A DNA stretch of 64,000 nucleotides from an uncultured archaeon (GTDB lineage Archaea > Thermoplasmatota > Thermoplasmata > Thermoplasmatales > Thermoplasmataceae): the NCBI GenBank assembly GCA_000965745.1, contig CP009479.1:480001-544000 (forward strand), in the 5' to 3' direction. Shown piece by piece: positions 19,175 through 29,200 of the stretch (positions are counted from its first letter, which is position 1; every line of letters starts with the position of its first letter). Both the position numbers and the translations under genes were made by a program. The notes beneath the pieces are model-generated. The model was not told where the DNA came from. It saw only the letters and a list, made by a program, of their open reading frames with translations, and searched no databases.

Positions 19175-21320
19175 AATACGCCCCATGCAAATGTTAGCAG
19201 GATTGCAATTGCCTTTATAGCCACGAATGGGAGTAACATGCCCCCTAGGCCGAATATTGTGAGGTTCTTCAGAAATATCCTGATAGTACTTTGGGGCCTG
19301 AATCTCGTTCCCCTTATGGCCAGAGGTATGAGTGCGGGTATGACCGCCGCATTGAATATGAGTGCCGAGAGCACGGCTATGTGCGGGCTGAGATTCAGTA
19401 TATTCAGTGCACTAAGGGCCGGTACACTGGCAAACATTACGGGTACTATGGCGAAATACTTGGCCACATCGTTGGTAACGCTGAATGTTGTCACTGCCCC
19501 CCTTGTCATGAGGAGCTGCTTTCCCAGCATCACCACATCAATGATCTTGGAGGGATTGGATTCCAGATCAACTAGATTGGCGGCGTCCTTTGCTGCAAAT
19601 GTTCCAGAAGCCATTGCAAGGCCAACGTCCGCGGCAGCAAGAGCTGGAGCATCGTTTGTGCCGTCCCCGATCATCGCCACTATCCTCCTCTGTGCCTGCT
19701 CCTCCTTAACCCTGTTGAACTTTGTCTCGGGCTTGGCCTGGGAGACAAACTCATCAATGCCGACCTCGTTTGCAATGTTCTTAGCAGTGAGCGGATGATC
19801 CCCTGTGACCATCACGGGAATGATGCCCATAGTCTTGAGTCCTTCTATTCTCTCGCGTATGCCTTTCTTGATGATGTCCTTGAGGAACACCACACCGAGG
19901 ATCTCTCCGTCCTTCGAGACAGCAATGGGGGTTCCACCCGTAGAGGTGATTGAGTTAACCGCCTCATCATATCCCATAGGAGTGAAGTATGCATCTCCCT
20001 TTATTGCCTCGGTGGCACCCTTGTGGATCACGGTCTCGTCAGTCATGCTGGTTTCGAGCTCGAATTTCTTCCTAAACCTGTGCCTCTGGTAGAATTCCCT
20101 TCCGCCTTTCGGAAGTGTGAAATCGTCGGAATCAACTAGGGTGACTCCGCTCCTCCTTGTTACTGCACTGAATTCCTCATGAGTCCCCTCTCTAAGGGCA
20201 TCATACTCTTTTGGAACGAAGCCCATCCTGAATGCAAGGTCCACTATGCTTCTCCCCTCAGGAGTGTCATCATACCATGACGAGAGAAATGCGGCCTCCG
20301 CCAGCTCCTTTTCAGTGTGACCGCCAACGGGGATAAACTGTGTTGCGAGTCTGTTGCCGCTTGTGATCGTACCGGTCTTGTCCAGCATTATGACATTGGC
20401 ATCCCCTGCTGTCTCTATTGCCCTGCCGGATTTTGCGATTATGCTGTTCCTGGACAACCTATTAATTCCAGATATTCCAATAGCCGGAAGCAGTGCTCCA
20501 ATGGTTGTGGGAAGAAGGCACACATACAAGGCAATGAGCACTGAAAGATCAGCGCCCAGATTCAGGAGCAGCGATACTGAAATCAGCGATAGGAGTATTA
20601 TAGTGAATACACCAGTAAGTCCAAGCAGAAGAACGGAGAGGGCCATCTCGTTAGGCGTCTTCGGTCTCTCTGATGATTCTACCATGTTGACCAGCTTCCT
20701 TATGTAAGAATCCTCAGGGTTCACGTTGACCTGGGCAACAACTGAGTCGCTTATTATTGTGGAACCTCCGATCACGGTATCCCCCTTGTCTTCCTCACTC
20801 CCGCAGATTCCCCTGTGAGAAGGGATTCATCCACCATGGCGATCCCCTCAAGGACCTCGCCATCTATGGGGACCTGGTCCCCGTTCTCAATAAGGATTAG
20901 ATCGCCTTTCTTCAGGGTTGATGATCGGATGATCTCAATTTTGCGTGCCCCATCTGCCTCAACGATCTTCCTTGCGTCTGATTCCTGCTCCAGCTTCTTT
21001 AATCCCTCAGCGGTTGCCCTGGATCTTGCCTCCGCTGAGGAGTCTGAGATTGTGCTGAACCAGACCGTAACGAACAGGATTACTGCAACCTCTGCGTAGA
21101 ACATCCGATCGGCTGCATGTGCCAGTCCAGGCAGTGTGTTGGGGAACAGTGCCATGTAAAGAACAACGAAGAATGACAGCTCAACAACGAACATGACCGG
21201 ATTTGAGATCAACCTTGCGGAATTAAGGCGCGATATAGAATCTGTCAGTATCCCTTCCCACATTCCCTCCTGGCTGCCATCCTGCCAGGTCTGCTTCTTT
21301 TCAGTATTATCAAAGGACAC
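19171..21320 (-). pseudogene. kdpB: K+-transporting ATPase subunit B, split by a single-base frameshift near 20781-20785
   Basis: 5' ORF has NPVMFVVE and VDESLLTGES; 3' ORF has KTPNE, PTTIG, DKTGT, TGDHP and GDGTNDAPAL; adding one G to the G5 run fuses them (TRGDTVIGGS). Confidence 0.9.
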
Positions 21321-22968
21321 TCTTGATCCCCTCCAGATGCATCAGAATAGGCCCTATTGCCAGGAACGGGAAAAACGTGAGAACTGCCAGTATAAAGATG
21401 CTCACAATAAGGATCGACGGGAAAATAAAGTTGTCAGTTCTCAAAGCAACTTCGCGGCTTCTCTTCCTTCCATGCATCCTTCCCGCTATGGCGAGCATTA
21501 TCGCGATTGGGGTGAACCTGCCTATCCACATAACTATCCCTGTTGAAACGTTGAAATATACGGTGTTTCCTGTACTTCCCAGGAAGTCCGACCCATTGTT
21601 AGCTGCCGCTGATGTGTATTCGTAAAGAATCTGTGTGAAGCCCTTTGGGCCTGTGCCTATGCCGATACCATGCACAGCCCCTATGCCGTAAGCGATCAGT
21701 GTTGGAACGAGTATCAGTATAGGATGAGCAAGGAATGCAATTACTGCAAGCTTAACGTCACCCTCTGTGATCTTAGCCCCCAAGTATTCAGGGGTGCGCC
21801 CTGCCATGAGACCCACAATGAATACAGTTATGACCATGTACATGAGCATATACATGGCTCCGACGCCAATTCCGCCGGGAGTCGCCTGTATCATCATCCC
21901 CAGGAATGCTGCAAGAACGACAAGGGGGTGCATGCCCGCAAGCGCTGCGTTAACAGAACCTGTTGTGAACGCTGTTGTTGTCACAGTGTAAAAAACTGCT
22001 GCAGGCCCTCCGAACCTGACCTCCATTCCGGCTGAGATGACAGTAAGGGGAACGAAAGCTATTGCCAGATCTATTGCATAAAGCCCGTAGGATGCAATCA
22101 GAACGGTTCTGCCTTCATTCCTCCTTCTCAGCATTCTTCCGAACAAGAATGGCATTGCGGTGGGGATGAGCATCATCATACCCATCTGCATGAAATCTGT
22201 GAGTGGGCTGGGATTCTCAAATGGAGTGTAGTTGTTTGAGCCAAAGTATCCTCCGCCGTTTGTGCCAATCTGCATTATTGACTGCATTGAGGCAATTGGC
22301 CCCACCTTAATTGTCTGGAATGCCCCCGTAAACGTTCTGACAACTTCATATCCAGAAAGTGACTGCGGGACCCCAAGTGCTATAAGGATTATGGCGGAAA
22401 CAAATGATAGTGGAATGAGAACACGTGTTATTGTCCTTACAAAGTCGAAGTAGAAGTTCCCTATGCCATCATTACCATTCTTCTTTCCTGCAAACCCCCT
22501 GAATATGGCCAAGGCCACAACAACACCGTCTGCAGCGGAAATGAACTGGAGAAACTGTATGGCCATCATCTGGCTGAAATATGACAGTGTAGATCCGCCA
22601 CCATAATGCTGGAGATTGGTGTTGGAGGAGAATGACAGGACCGTGTTAAGGGCCAGAGACCAGTTCAGGTTGTGGAATCTCATTGGGTTAAGGGGAAGGT
22701 ATCCCTGAAAAACAAGCACTAGATACGCAAGGATTGCTGCGAATCCAGTAAAGAAAAAAAGTGCCAGAAAATACTCCTTCCAGCTCATCTGCCTTGTGGT
22801 GTCAACACCAAGCACCCGGTATATGAGTTTTTCAACGGGCAGAATGAACATGTCCCAGGTGCTCTTTTCATTCTCATACACATTGAGGAGATAGCTGGAA
22901 AGAATCCATCCCAAAATCAGTACTATTACCCCCAACAGGATAAAGAGAAGAATAAATAGCCCAATCAT
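21310..22968 (-). CDS. kdpA: K+-transporting ATPase subunit A
   Basis: Filter motifs SNTNLQHY, GTNGGGYF, TTGSVNA, ANNGS; GRTPEYLG. Confidence 0.95.
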   Translation of the reverse strand: MIGLFILLFILLGVIVLILGWILSSYLLNVYENEKSTWDMFILPVEKLIYRVLGVDTTRQMSWKEYFLALFFFTGFAAILAYLVLVFQGYLPLNPMRFHNLNWSLALNTVLSFSSNTNLQHYGGGSTLSYFSQMMAIQFLQFISAADGVVVALAIFRGFAGKKNGNDGIGNFYFDFVRTITRVLIPLSFVSAIILIALGVPQSLSGYEVVRTFTGAFQTIKVGPIASMQSIMQIGTNGGGYFGSNNYTPFENPSPLTDFMQMGMMMLIPTAMPFLFGRMLRRRNEGRTVLIASYGLYAIDLAIAFVPLTVISAGMEVRFGGPAAVFYTVTTTAFTTGSVNAALAGMHPLVVLAAFLGMMIQATPGGIGVGAMYMLMYMVITVFIVGLMAGRTPEYLGAKITEGDVKLAVIAFLAHPILILVPTLIAYGIGAVHGIGIGTGPKGFTQILYEYTSAAANNGSDFLGSTGNTVYFNVSTGIVMWIGRFTPIAIMLAIAGRMHGRKRSREVALRTDNFIFPSILIVSIFILAVLTFFPFLAIGPILMHLEGIKSVL

Positions 22969-23129
22969 GAGAGTTTGCCCTCCTCTCGCGAATAGAGCCG
23001 ATTGATCGACTGTGAGTCGACGTAATAATCAGCCTTTAGACTGCTCAAATAACGCTGCCATAAATAGATAAATGATCGCACACTGGCTTTTTTGACGATG
23101 CTACTATCCCATGAACATACATTTTCCAT
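22965..23129 (-). CDS. Small hypothetical protein (54 aa) in the kdpF position
   Basis: GGAGGAGG Shine-Dalgarno before ATG 23129; stop overlaps the kdpA ATG (ATGA). Confidence 0.45.
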   Translation of the reverse strand: MENVCSWDSSIVKKASVRSFIYLWQRYLSSLKADYYVDSQSINRLYSREEGKLS

Positions 23130-23187
23130 AACATAACCTCCTCCTGCAATCACACATTACAACGAATTGCACCAGAGATATGGTGCT

Positions 23188-23502
23188 CTATTCTTTCTGA
23201 CTTTCTATTGAGATCTGATCGGCACGTTGTCCCTTGGCAGCGCTTAGAACAATTGAGCTGACAACGCTTTTCACGCCGGATATTTTCATTATTTTATTCT
23301 TCAGTGTGTCACGGAACTCATCTATATCCTCTGTCCTGACAACTGTAGCAATATCAAATTCACCTGTCACTTCGTAAACCTCTTCAACAGCGTCGAGCAG
23401 ACACAGTTCCTTGACAACTTCTTCTTCCTTGAGAGTGTCTACAAAAATATCGACTATAGCCGTGATGGTTTTCTGGTTCGAGTTAAAATCTTCGACGTTC
23501 AT
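23188..23502 (-). CDS. Stand-alone Lrp/AsnC ligand-binding (RAM) domain protein
   Basis: VEEVYEVTGEFDI...IMKISGVKSVVSSIVL; no N-terminal HTH. Confidence 0.85.
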   Translation of the reverse strand: MNVEDFNSNQKTITAIVDIFVDTLKEEEVVKELCLLDAVEEVYEVTGEFDIATVVRTEDIDEFRDTLKNKIMKISGVKSVVSSIVLSAAKGQRADQISIESQKE

Positions 23503-23814
23503 CGCTCTGCCGCCCCATCTGAAAAGCATATTAAAAGTTTACCAGCAATTATCATACCAGTATGTTTTTAGAAACTCGTATTTAAGGGAATATGAACAGC
23601 ATTAGGAAAATATACCATATACTTTAGATGTACTATACTATGGCCATGCTGGATCCAAAAATGACTCGACATGGTCATAACGCATTACCAATTGTATCAA
23701 AATGCTACGACCTAGATGGCTGGAAATTTTTCAAATCCAGACCAAACTTATGTGTGAAGTCATGATAGTGGATATCATGGATTTCTATAATTTGGATTCG
23801 GAATCGTATGTTAA

Positions 23815-23889
23815 TGCTCCGACCGGGATTCGGACCCGGGTCGTCGGCTCGAAAGGCCGAAATGCTTGGCCGGACTACACCATCGGAGC
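23815..23889 (-). tRNA. tRNA-Glu(TTC)
   Basis: Cloverleaf GCTCCGA...TCGGC-CTTTCGA-GCCGA...CCGGG-TCCGAAT-CCCGG-TCGGAGC-A; no intron; CCA not encoded; TATA-like TAAATATAA upstream. Confidence 0.95.
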
Positions 23890-23971
23890 GAACAAACCCA
23901 TAAGCTGGCAGATTATATTTACCTTTTCTTGCCAATGGGCGGTCCCTGATTATTCCAAAGAGATATATTAG

Positions 23972-25021
23972 TTACTGTTTTGGCATGGGAAATCTCAATA
24001 TTGCGCAGTACCCTCCGAATTTTTTGACAGAAAGGCCTGAGTCGTCGTGGACGCTGAATATGTGAACTCTCGAACTGAAGTTCTTGGCAAGTTCAAGAAG
24101 TTCTCTTGACTCATTTGATCTGAATTTTTCCTCCGTCATGATCAGATCCTCCACTGCCCCTGTTTTGAGAGCTTCCTTAACCGCATCCTTTCCATAAACA
24201 GACAGGTCATTTGTTTTGAGATTCTTGAAGAACTGTTCGAGCAGCTTTCTTTCATTGACCATTCTCGATGCGGAAAATATCTTCTCGCTCTCTTCCTTTG
24301 ACAGGAATTCATATATCCCGCCCTCGTCAGATCGTGCGGTAGCATAGGAAAATATCTGCCTTCCGGAAAAAGCAGGATCTGATTTCAGCATGTTGACCAG
24401 CTTTTCCCTCGTGAACCCTGCACCCAGAACTATGACTGGAATATCCGGGGATATTGTTGTTCTTATCGTTTTGATCACTTCCAGAAGATATTCCTTTTCT
24501 GAGTAGTGGGTCTCATAGTCCTTTCCGGATTTCCCGGCACTCACTTTTCCCATGCCCTGAATCCCGTATGACCTCAGGATGAAGACAGAAGCTTCTTCAT
24601 CATCTATCCCGACAAAACAGTACCCTTGCCCGAATGTTGATTCTGAGCCTTCCCTGAGCATTTCCTTCTGCTCATCGGACCATGCGGCCTTGATGAGTTC
24701 GAAGGTGTCTTCAGTCCCAATCATGAATGATTGATGTTCACCAATCAGGCCTTCTTTGCCCTCTACAATTGTCCCGAGAACCTTTATTTTGCTGGAGAAT
24801 TCCTGAAATTCAACATCTGAAACTTCAACTGTCAGAAGCATAGGTTTTCTTGACTGTTCCTTGGACCTTGTCATATCATCCTGTTTGTCCTGCCGTCTAA
24901 GAACAACCATCCGGACTCTGTCACCCGGCGTGATAATGTTGTGTATATACCATAGGTCGTCTATGTTCTGCACGTGAATAGACAGCGATTGTTTCTCTTT
25001 GTCCTCTTCCAGTATTCTCAC
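23972..25021 (-). CDS. pelA: mRNA surveillance / ribosome rescue protein aPelota (Dom34)
   Basis: DDLWYIHNII, GEHQSF, SGK, VYGKDAVKEALKTGAVEDL, FGGYCAILRF. Confidence 0.95.
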   Translation of the reverse strand: MRILEEDKEKQSLSIHVQNIDDLWYIHNIITPGDRVRMVVLRRQDKQDDMTRSKEQSRKPMLLTVEVSDVEFQEFSSKIKVLGTIVEGKEGLIGEHQSFMIGTEDTFELIKAAWSDEQKEMLREGSESTFGQGYCFVGIDDEEASVFILRSYGIQGMGKVSAGKSGKDYETHYSEKEYLLEVIKTIRTTISPDIPVIVLGAGFTREKLVNMLKSDPAFSGRQIFSYATARSDEGGIYEFLSKEESEKIFSASRMVNERKLLEQFFKNLKTNDLSVYGKDAVKEALKTGAVEDLIMTEEKFRSNESRELLELAKNFSSRVHIFSVHDDSGLSVKKFGGYCAILRFPMPKQ

Positions 25022-25482
25022 TTTATTTCCTCTTCGAATTTCCTGATCTGCTGCAGTATCCTATAGTAGTGGGATCCATGCCAGTAGACTTTACCGCATT
25101 TGCTGCACACCCAGATATCCTTGCCTGAAGACTTGACAGAGTCCGGTACGCCTGCGACCGGCCCCGGCTTGCCAGACTTCCCGAGTATGCCATTGCATTC
25201 AGTGCACCTTGTGAAGTATTTCTGTTCGTCCGGGGGGAATTGCTCTATGAACTGCAATACCTGATCCTTGAAGTCCTCCGATCTAATAAGTATGCTTCGG
25301 GGAAACCTTGCATAAAGCTCCTGATCTCTTGTCAGCAGTATCCTGCTCTCTTTCTTGCAGGATTCGATAATCTCACTGTCCGAAATCCCCTTCTCCGGGT
25401 ATTCCACATCAAATCCCATCATTCGAAGCCACTTGCCCAGCCTGCGCAGCATGTGGTCTGCATAGAAGAGCTCGTCTGTCAG
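25018..25482 (-). CDS. Mut7-C RNase (PIN-like, DUF82) with C-terminal Zn ribbon
   Basis: FYADHMLRRLGKWLRMMGFD, RILLTRD, RCTECNG...CSKCGKVYWHGSH; start uncertain (CTG 25482 proposed). Confidence 0.88.
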   Translation of the reverse strand: MTDELFYADHMLRRLGKWLRMMGFDVEYPEKGISDSEIIESCKKESRILLTRDQELYARFPRSILIRSEDFKDQVLQFIEQFPPDEQKYFTRCTECNGILGKSGKPGPVAGVPDSVKSSGKDIWVCSKCGKVYWHGSHYYRILQQIRKFEEEIK

Positions 25483-25585
25483 AAGAAAACCTCCCGAAAA
25501 TGGATCTGTGAAAGGTGATACGAAATCGTTATTATCCCAATTAAAAAAGTAAAATGAAGTTTTGGCTTGTTTCAGGATGTGAGAA

Positions 25586-26143
25586 TCACTTCTTCCTGTT
25601 AAAGACGAAGTATAGCACGAAGGTCGCGGCAATAAGCGCAATGATTATTCCGGCATAGTAATAATTCTGAGTGGGAGTGTGAATCTTCGGTTTGGACCAA
25701 GAGAACGCCGGATATGCGCCCGCATTGAGTGCCTGATGGTTCGTAAGGCCGTTTACTGAAGAGGTCTTGTTAGCTACTGCCCAGAATGCCTTCGTGAAGT
25801 TGGCGACGCTTGGGAAACCGATGCCGCTTAGTGCATTCACAAGTTGCAGGCCATAGCTGTTTATTCCGAGGTATGAAAGATCGAACACTATCAGTTCCTG
25901 TGTGGCATTGGAGCTCCAGTTGTAACTTACTATCGACTTGTTGTCGATAACGCTTGAGAAGAAAGCGTTCCATTCGGTTGTTGTTATAGTATAGTGATTG
26001 TCAGAGGTGTAATAGGTAACGGCCGGCAAAGAGCTGGGGGGCGGATTCAACTGGGGAGTTGCTGCGCTTGCTGCTGCCGGAAGCAGACCGACTGCAAGAA
26101 ACATTGACAATACTGTAACCACTATGATAGCGTTTTTTTGCAT
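25586..26143 (-). CDS. Secreted protein with C-terminal membrane anchor
   Basis: Signal peptide, several N-x-S/T sequons, terminal TM helix + NRKK. Confidence 0.75.
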   Translation of the reverse strand: MQKNAIIVVTVLSMFLAVGLLPAAASAATPQLNPPPSSLPAVTYYTSDNHYTITTTEWNAFFSSVIDNKSIVSYNWSSNATQELIVFDLSYLGINSYGLQLVNALSGIGFPSVANFTKAFWAVANKTSSVNGLTNHQALNAGAYPAFSWSKPKIHTPTQNYYYAGIIIALIAATFVLYFVFNRKK

Positions 26144-26272
26144 GATACTGCCCTTATAAGACTCCAGATGAATTTATTCTTAAAAACATTGTCTATCTAC
26201 TCTTCTGATTCTTTTCAGCGCTTCCCTTCCAGTGTCCAGATATGAGATAGTGCATCGCACAGAATGTCGGCT

Positions 26273-29200
26273 TCACTTGCCCTGTCCCATTATGTAGTCA
26301 TGGCCATCCGGATCCTTCTCGACCTTCAGGAGCCCTTCCCTCTGCATTTTTGATATCTGGGACTTCATCCTTGACGCTGGTATCCTGTTGCGCCTTCCCT
26401 GCCTCAATGCCTCCCTTACAGGCCTTCCGGTGTTATCCATAACCACCCTTCTGATCTCCTCCACATTTCTGTTCGTGCCAAACATCCTGTACCCGACTAT
26501 TGACGCTGCTACTGCCGGACCGGCTATGTATGGTATAAGCCCGACGAAAATGATTTTCCTGCTGAGGTGAATAGTCTTTCCCTGATACGTAAGAGTAGCA
26601 CTGATTGTGTGCACGCCATACGTCAAGGATTGATTGAAGCTCAATCCGGTGGAAACCTTCTTGCCATCAACATACCATTCAACGTGTACACGGCTTATGC
26701 CGTTTCCCTGCCCGGTGATAAGGAAATGCCATGTGCTCCCGGATTCGTATGCTTTTATTTCAGGAGAAGCCAGGTGGATGTAATATGAAACGTTTACAGT
26801 GATGTTGCCCGTGCTGTTGCGATTTCCACATTCATCTGAAACGAAGAGCGATATGCTGTAATTCCCGTTGTGAGGGAACCGGATCAGCTCAGAGCCATTT
26901 GACGTGTTAAGAGACTCGTTGATGCCATTGACATCAAGGATGATCCTGGTCACTTTTGCCTCGTCCGAAATGCTGTAATTTAGGAATGTGTAATTCCTGC
27001 CCACAGCATTCTTTGCTATTGTATAGCTTATAGCTGGTGTCGCGTTGTAATACGATATCGTGACTTCACTGAAGTTGTGGTTTCCGCTTTTCGAGTACGC
27101 TGTAATATTGAGGGTGTAGATTCCCTGGCCAAAGAGGAGTGTGAAGCTTGTGAGATTTTCTGGTGATATAAGCTCACTTTTTGCGCCTGATGTGAGAAGG
27201 ATGCTATAGCCCATTCCGGCCTTCTCCACCAGACTTATGTGAGCATGGGAAGAGTTTGTGTAGAACGATGTGCCGTTCGTCTCCGGTGCTCCAGGTATTG
27301 TGTTGTTCACCATAAATGTGAACACGGATTGCGCCCATGTTCCACTCATTGTGGTTGCACGCACCTTTACCACATACCTCCCATTGAGTGAGAGATCACT
27401 GATGAAGTAGGAGGAGTCAAAGACTATTCTGTCTTCTCCGGACGTGTTGTATACCGTCATGTTATGAGGGCCGTATAGCGACAGTTGCATTTCTGCTGAA
27501 ATATTGCTCGTGATTTCTGTGATGAAGTGGTTTTCGTTGGAGTTTCCCATGAATGAGTATTCACCAGACGGTTCACCTGTTATGTTAAGAGAAGGGGAAA
27601 ATGCAATGACTGTTACATTTGCATCAGCCAACTTTACCGTCTTGTCGTCCAGGAGCCTGGCAAAGAGAGTTACACTGTGATCGCCGTTTCCAAGATTAAG
27701 AATCATATAATCATGGCTGGTCGTGAAGTTTCGGGATGAGTTGTTCGAACTGACCATTACATCGTAAGTGGTTGCGTTCTTTTCAGGAGCCCATGAAACA
27801 TTCACACTGGATGAGTTCAGGAATTCACCGTTCCAGATGCTGAGACTTGAAGTGGTGTTATAACCCACAACATAGTATATGAAATGAGCCCGGAACTCCA
27901 TACCGAACCGGTCCGTTACGTTCATTTTAATATTTATTTTTCCGGTGACGTTTCCAGTTTCTATGTAAAAAGATCCGTTGCCAGTGTCGAAGGAGAGATT
28001 GCTTGAAAGATAAGTGATGTGTACAGCCTTCACTCCTATAGTGTCGTTTACACTGAATGATTCCCGTGTACTGTTTGAAATATAGGTTCCATTCCTGATG
28101 CTGACAGACACAACTGGAATGGCGTTGTCAACCTCCAGGGTTATCGTTTCATTTGAAGAGAAGCCTGCTTGATTGGTGGCATTTACGTATGCTGTATCAG
28201 CCCCTTCCGGCAGAAGTGTTGAGTTGAAGTGAAACGAGCTTCTGTTTTTCAGGGTGAGAGAAAGTCCAGAGACCTGGAGGGATATCTTGTACTGGAGTGA
28301 TGATTCGACTGATAAGTTAACATAGGATTCGCCCCTGGCTAAGTAGGTTCGGTTCCCCGTAATCTTTATTTTTGAATTTGAGAGGGGCAGGGATGATCCA
28401 CTGTAGTAAACTGTGATTTCATTCCCGTGCAGAGACAGAATTACAGAATTGTTGGCGTTGGATGAAACAAGATATCCGGAATCTTGCTGTTCAATGTTTG
28501 TGCCTTGCAAAATTCCTCCGGGTGATAGTCTGTACATTCTGTTTTTCCAAAGAATCAGGTAATAAGTGCCCGTAGAGTACAGAACTGAAGACAAGGATCT
28601 GTTTCCAGGAGATGTGTAAATATTCCCGTAATTCGTCTCCAAATAAGACTGGGAAAGATTGTCTGCCACGGTAAACATTCCCGCCAGGCCTGTTAGGGAG
28701 TATCCATATGAAACTAAGCTCAAAGAGCCGGTAAGGAAAGAGTAATTTGTCCGGCGTTCAGAAATCGCCGAAAGTGTGCTGAAATTGAGTTTATCCTGTA
28801 AGAATATTCTTGATTCGTTTGAAAACCCTGTAACAGAAAGTGTGTTGTCCTTGAGGTTCATTCCAAGGAGCCTGAAACCGTATACGGAGGTCCCAGGGCC
28901 TAATGTGGCCGTCTTGTAGATGGACCCAGAAGAGATGTTATATTCTACAATGCTACCTGTGGTGTTGTAGAAAAGGACCCGTTTTCCTGAAATTACAGCA
29001 CCGACCTTTCCGCTTAATGCGATACCGGTATGGAAATCCTTCATCGAGAGGTTTTCTGTTCCAATTTTCACAAGGTTGATGCTTCCTCCGCTCTGCCAGT
29101 AATATAAACTTCCATTGCTATAGATCCCTCCTGAGAGATTGGTAATTTCCGAGGAGATGTTCACGAAAGATGAATTGTAATAATCGAAGGATACTATCCT

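Noticed and set aside
22965-23153. kdpF call
   Set aside because: The ORF is hydrophilic and lacks the single TM helix of KdpF
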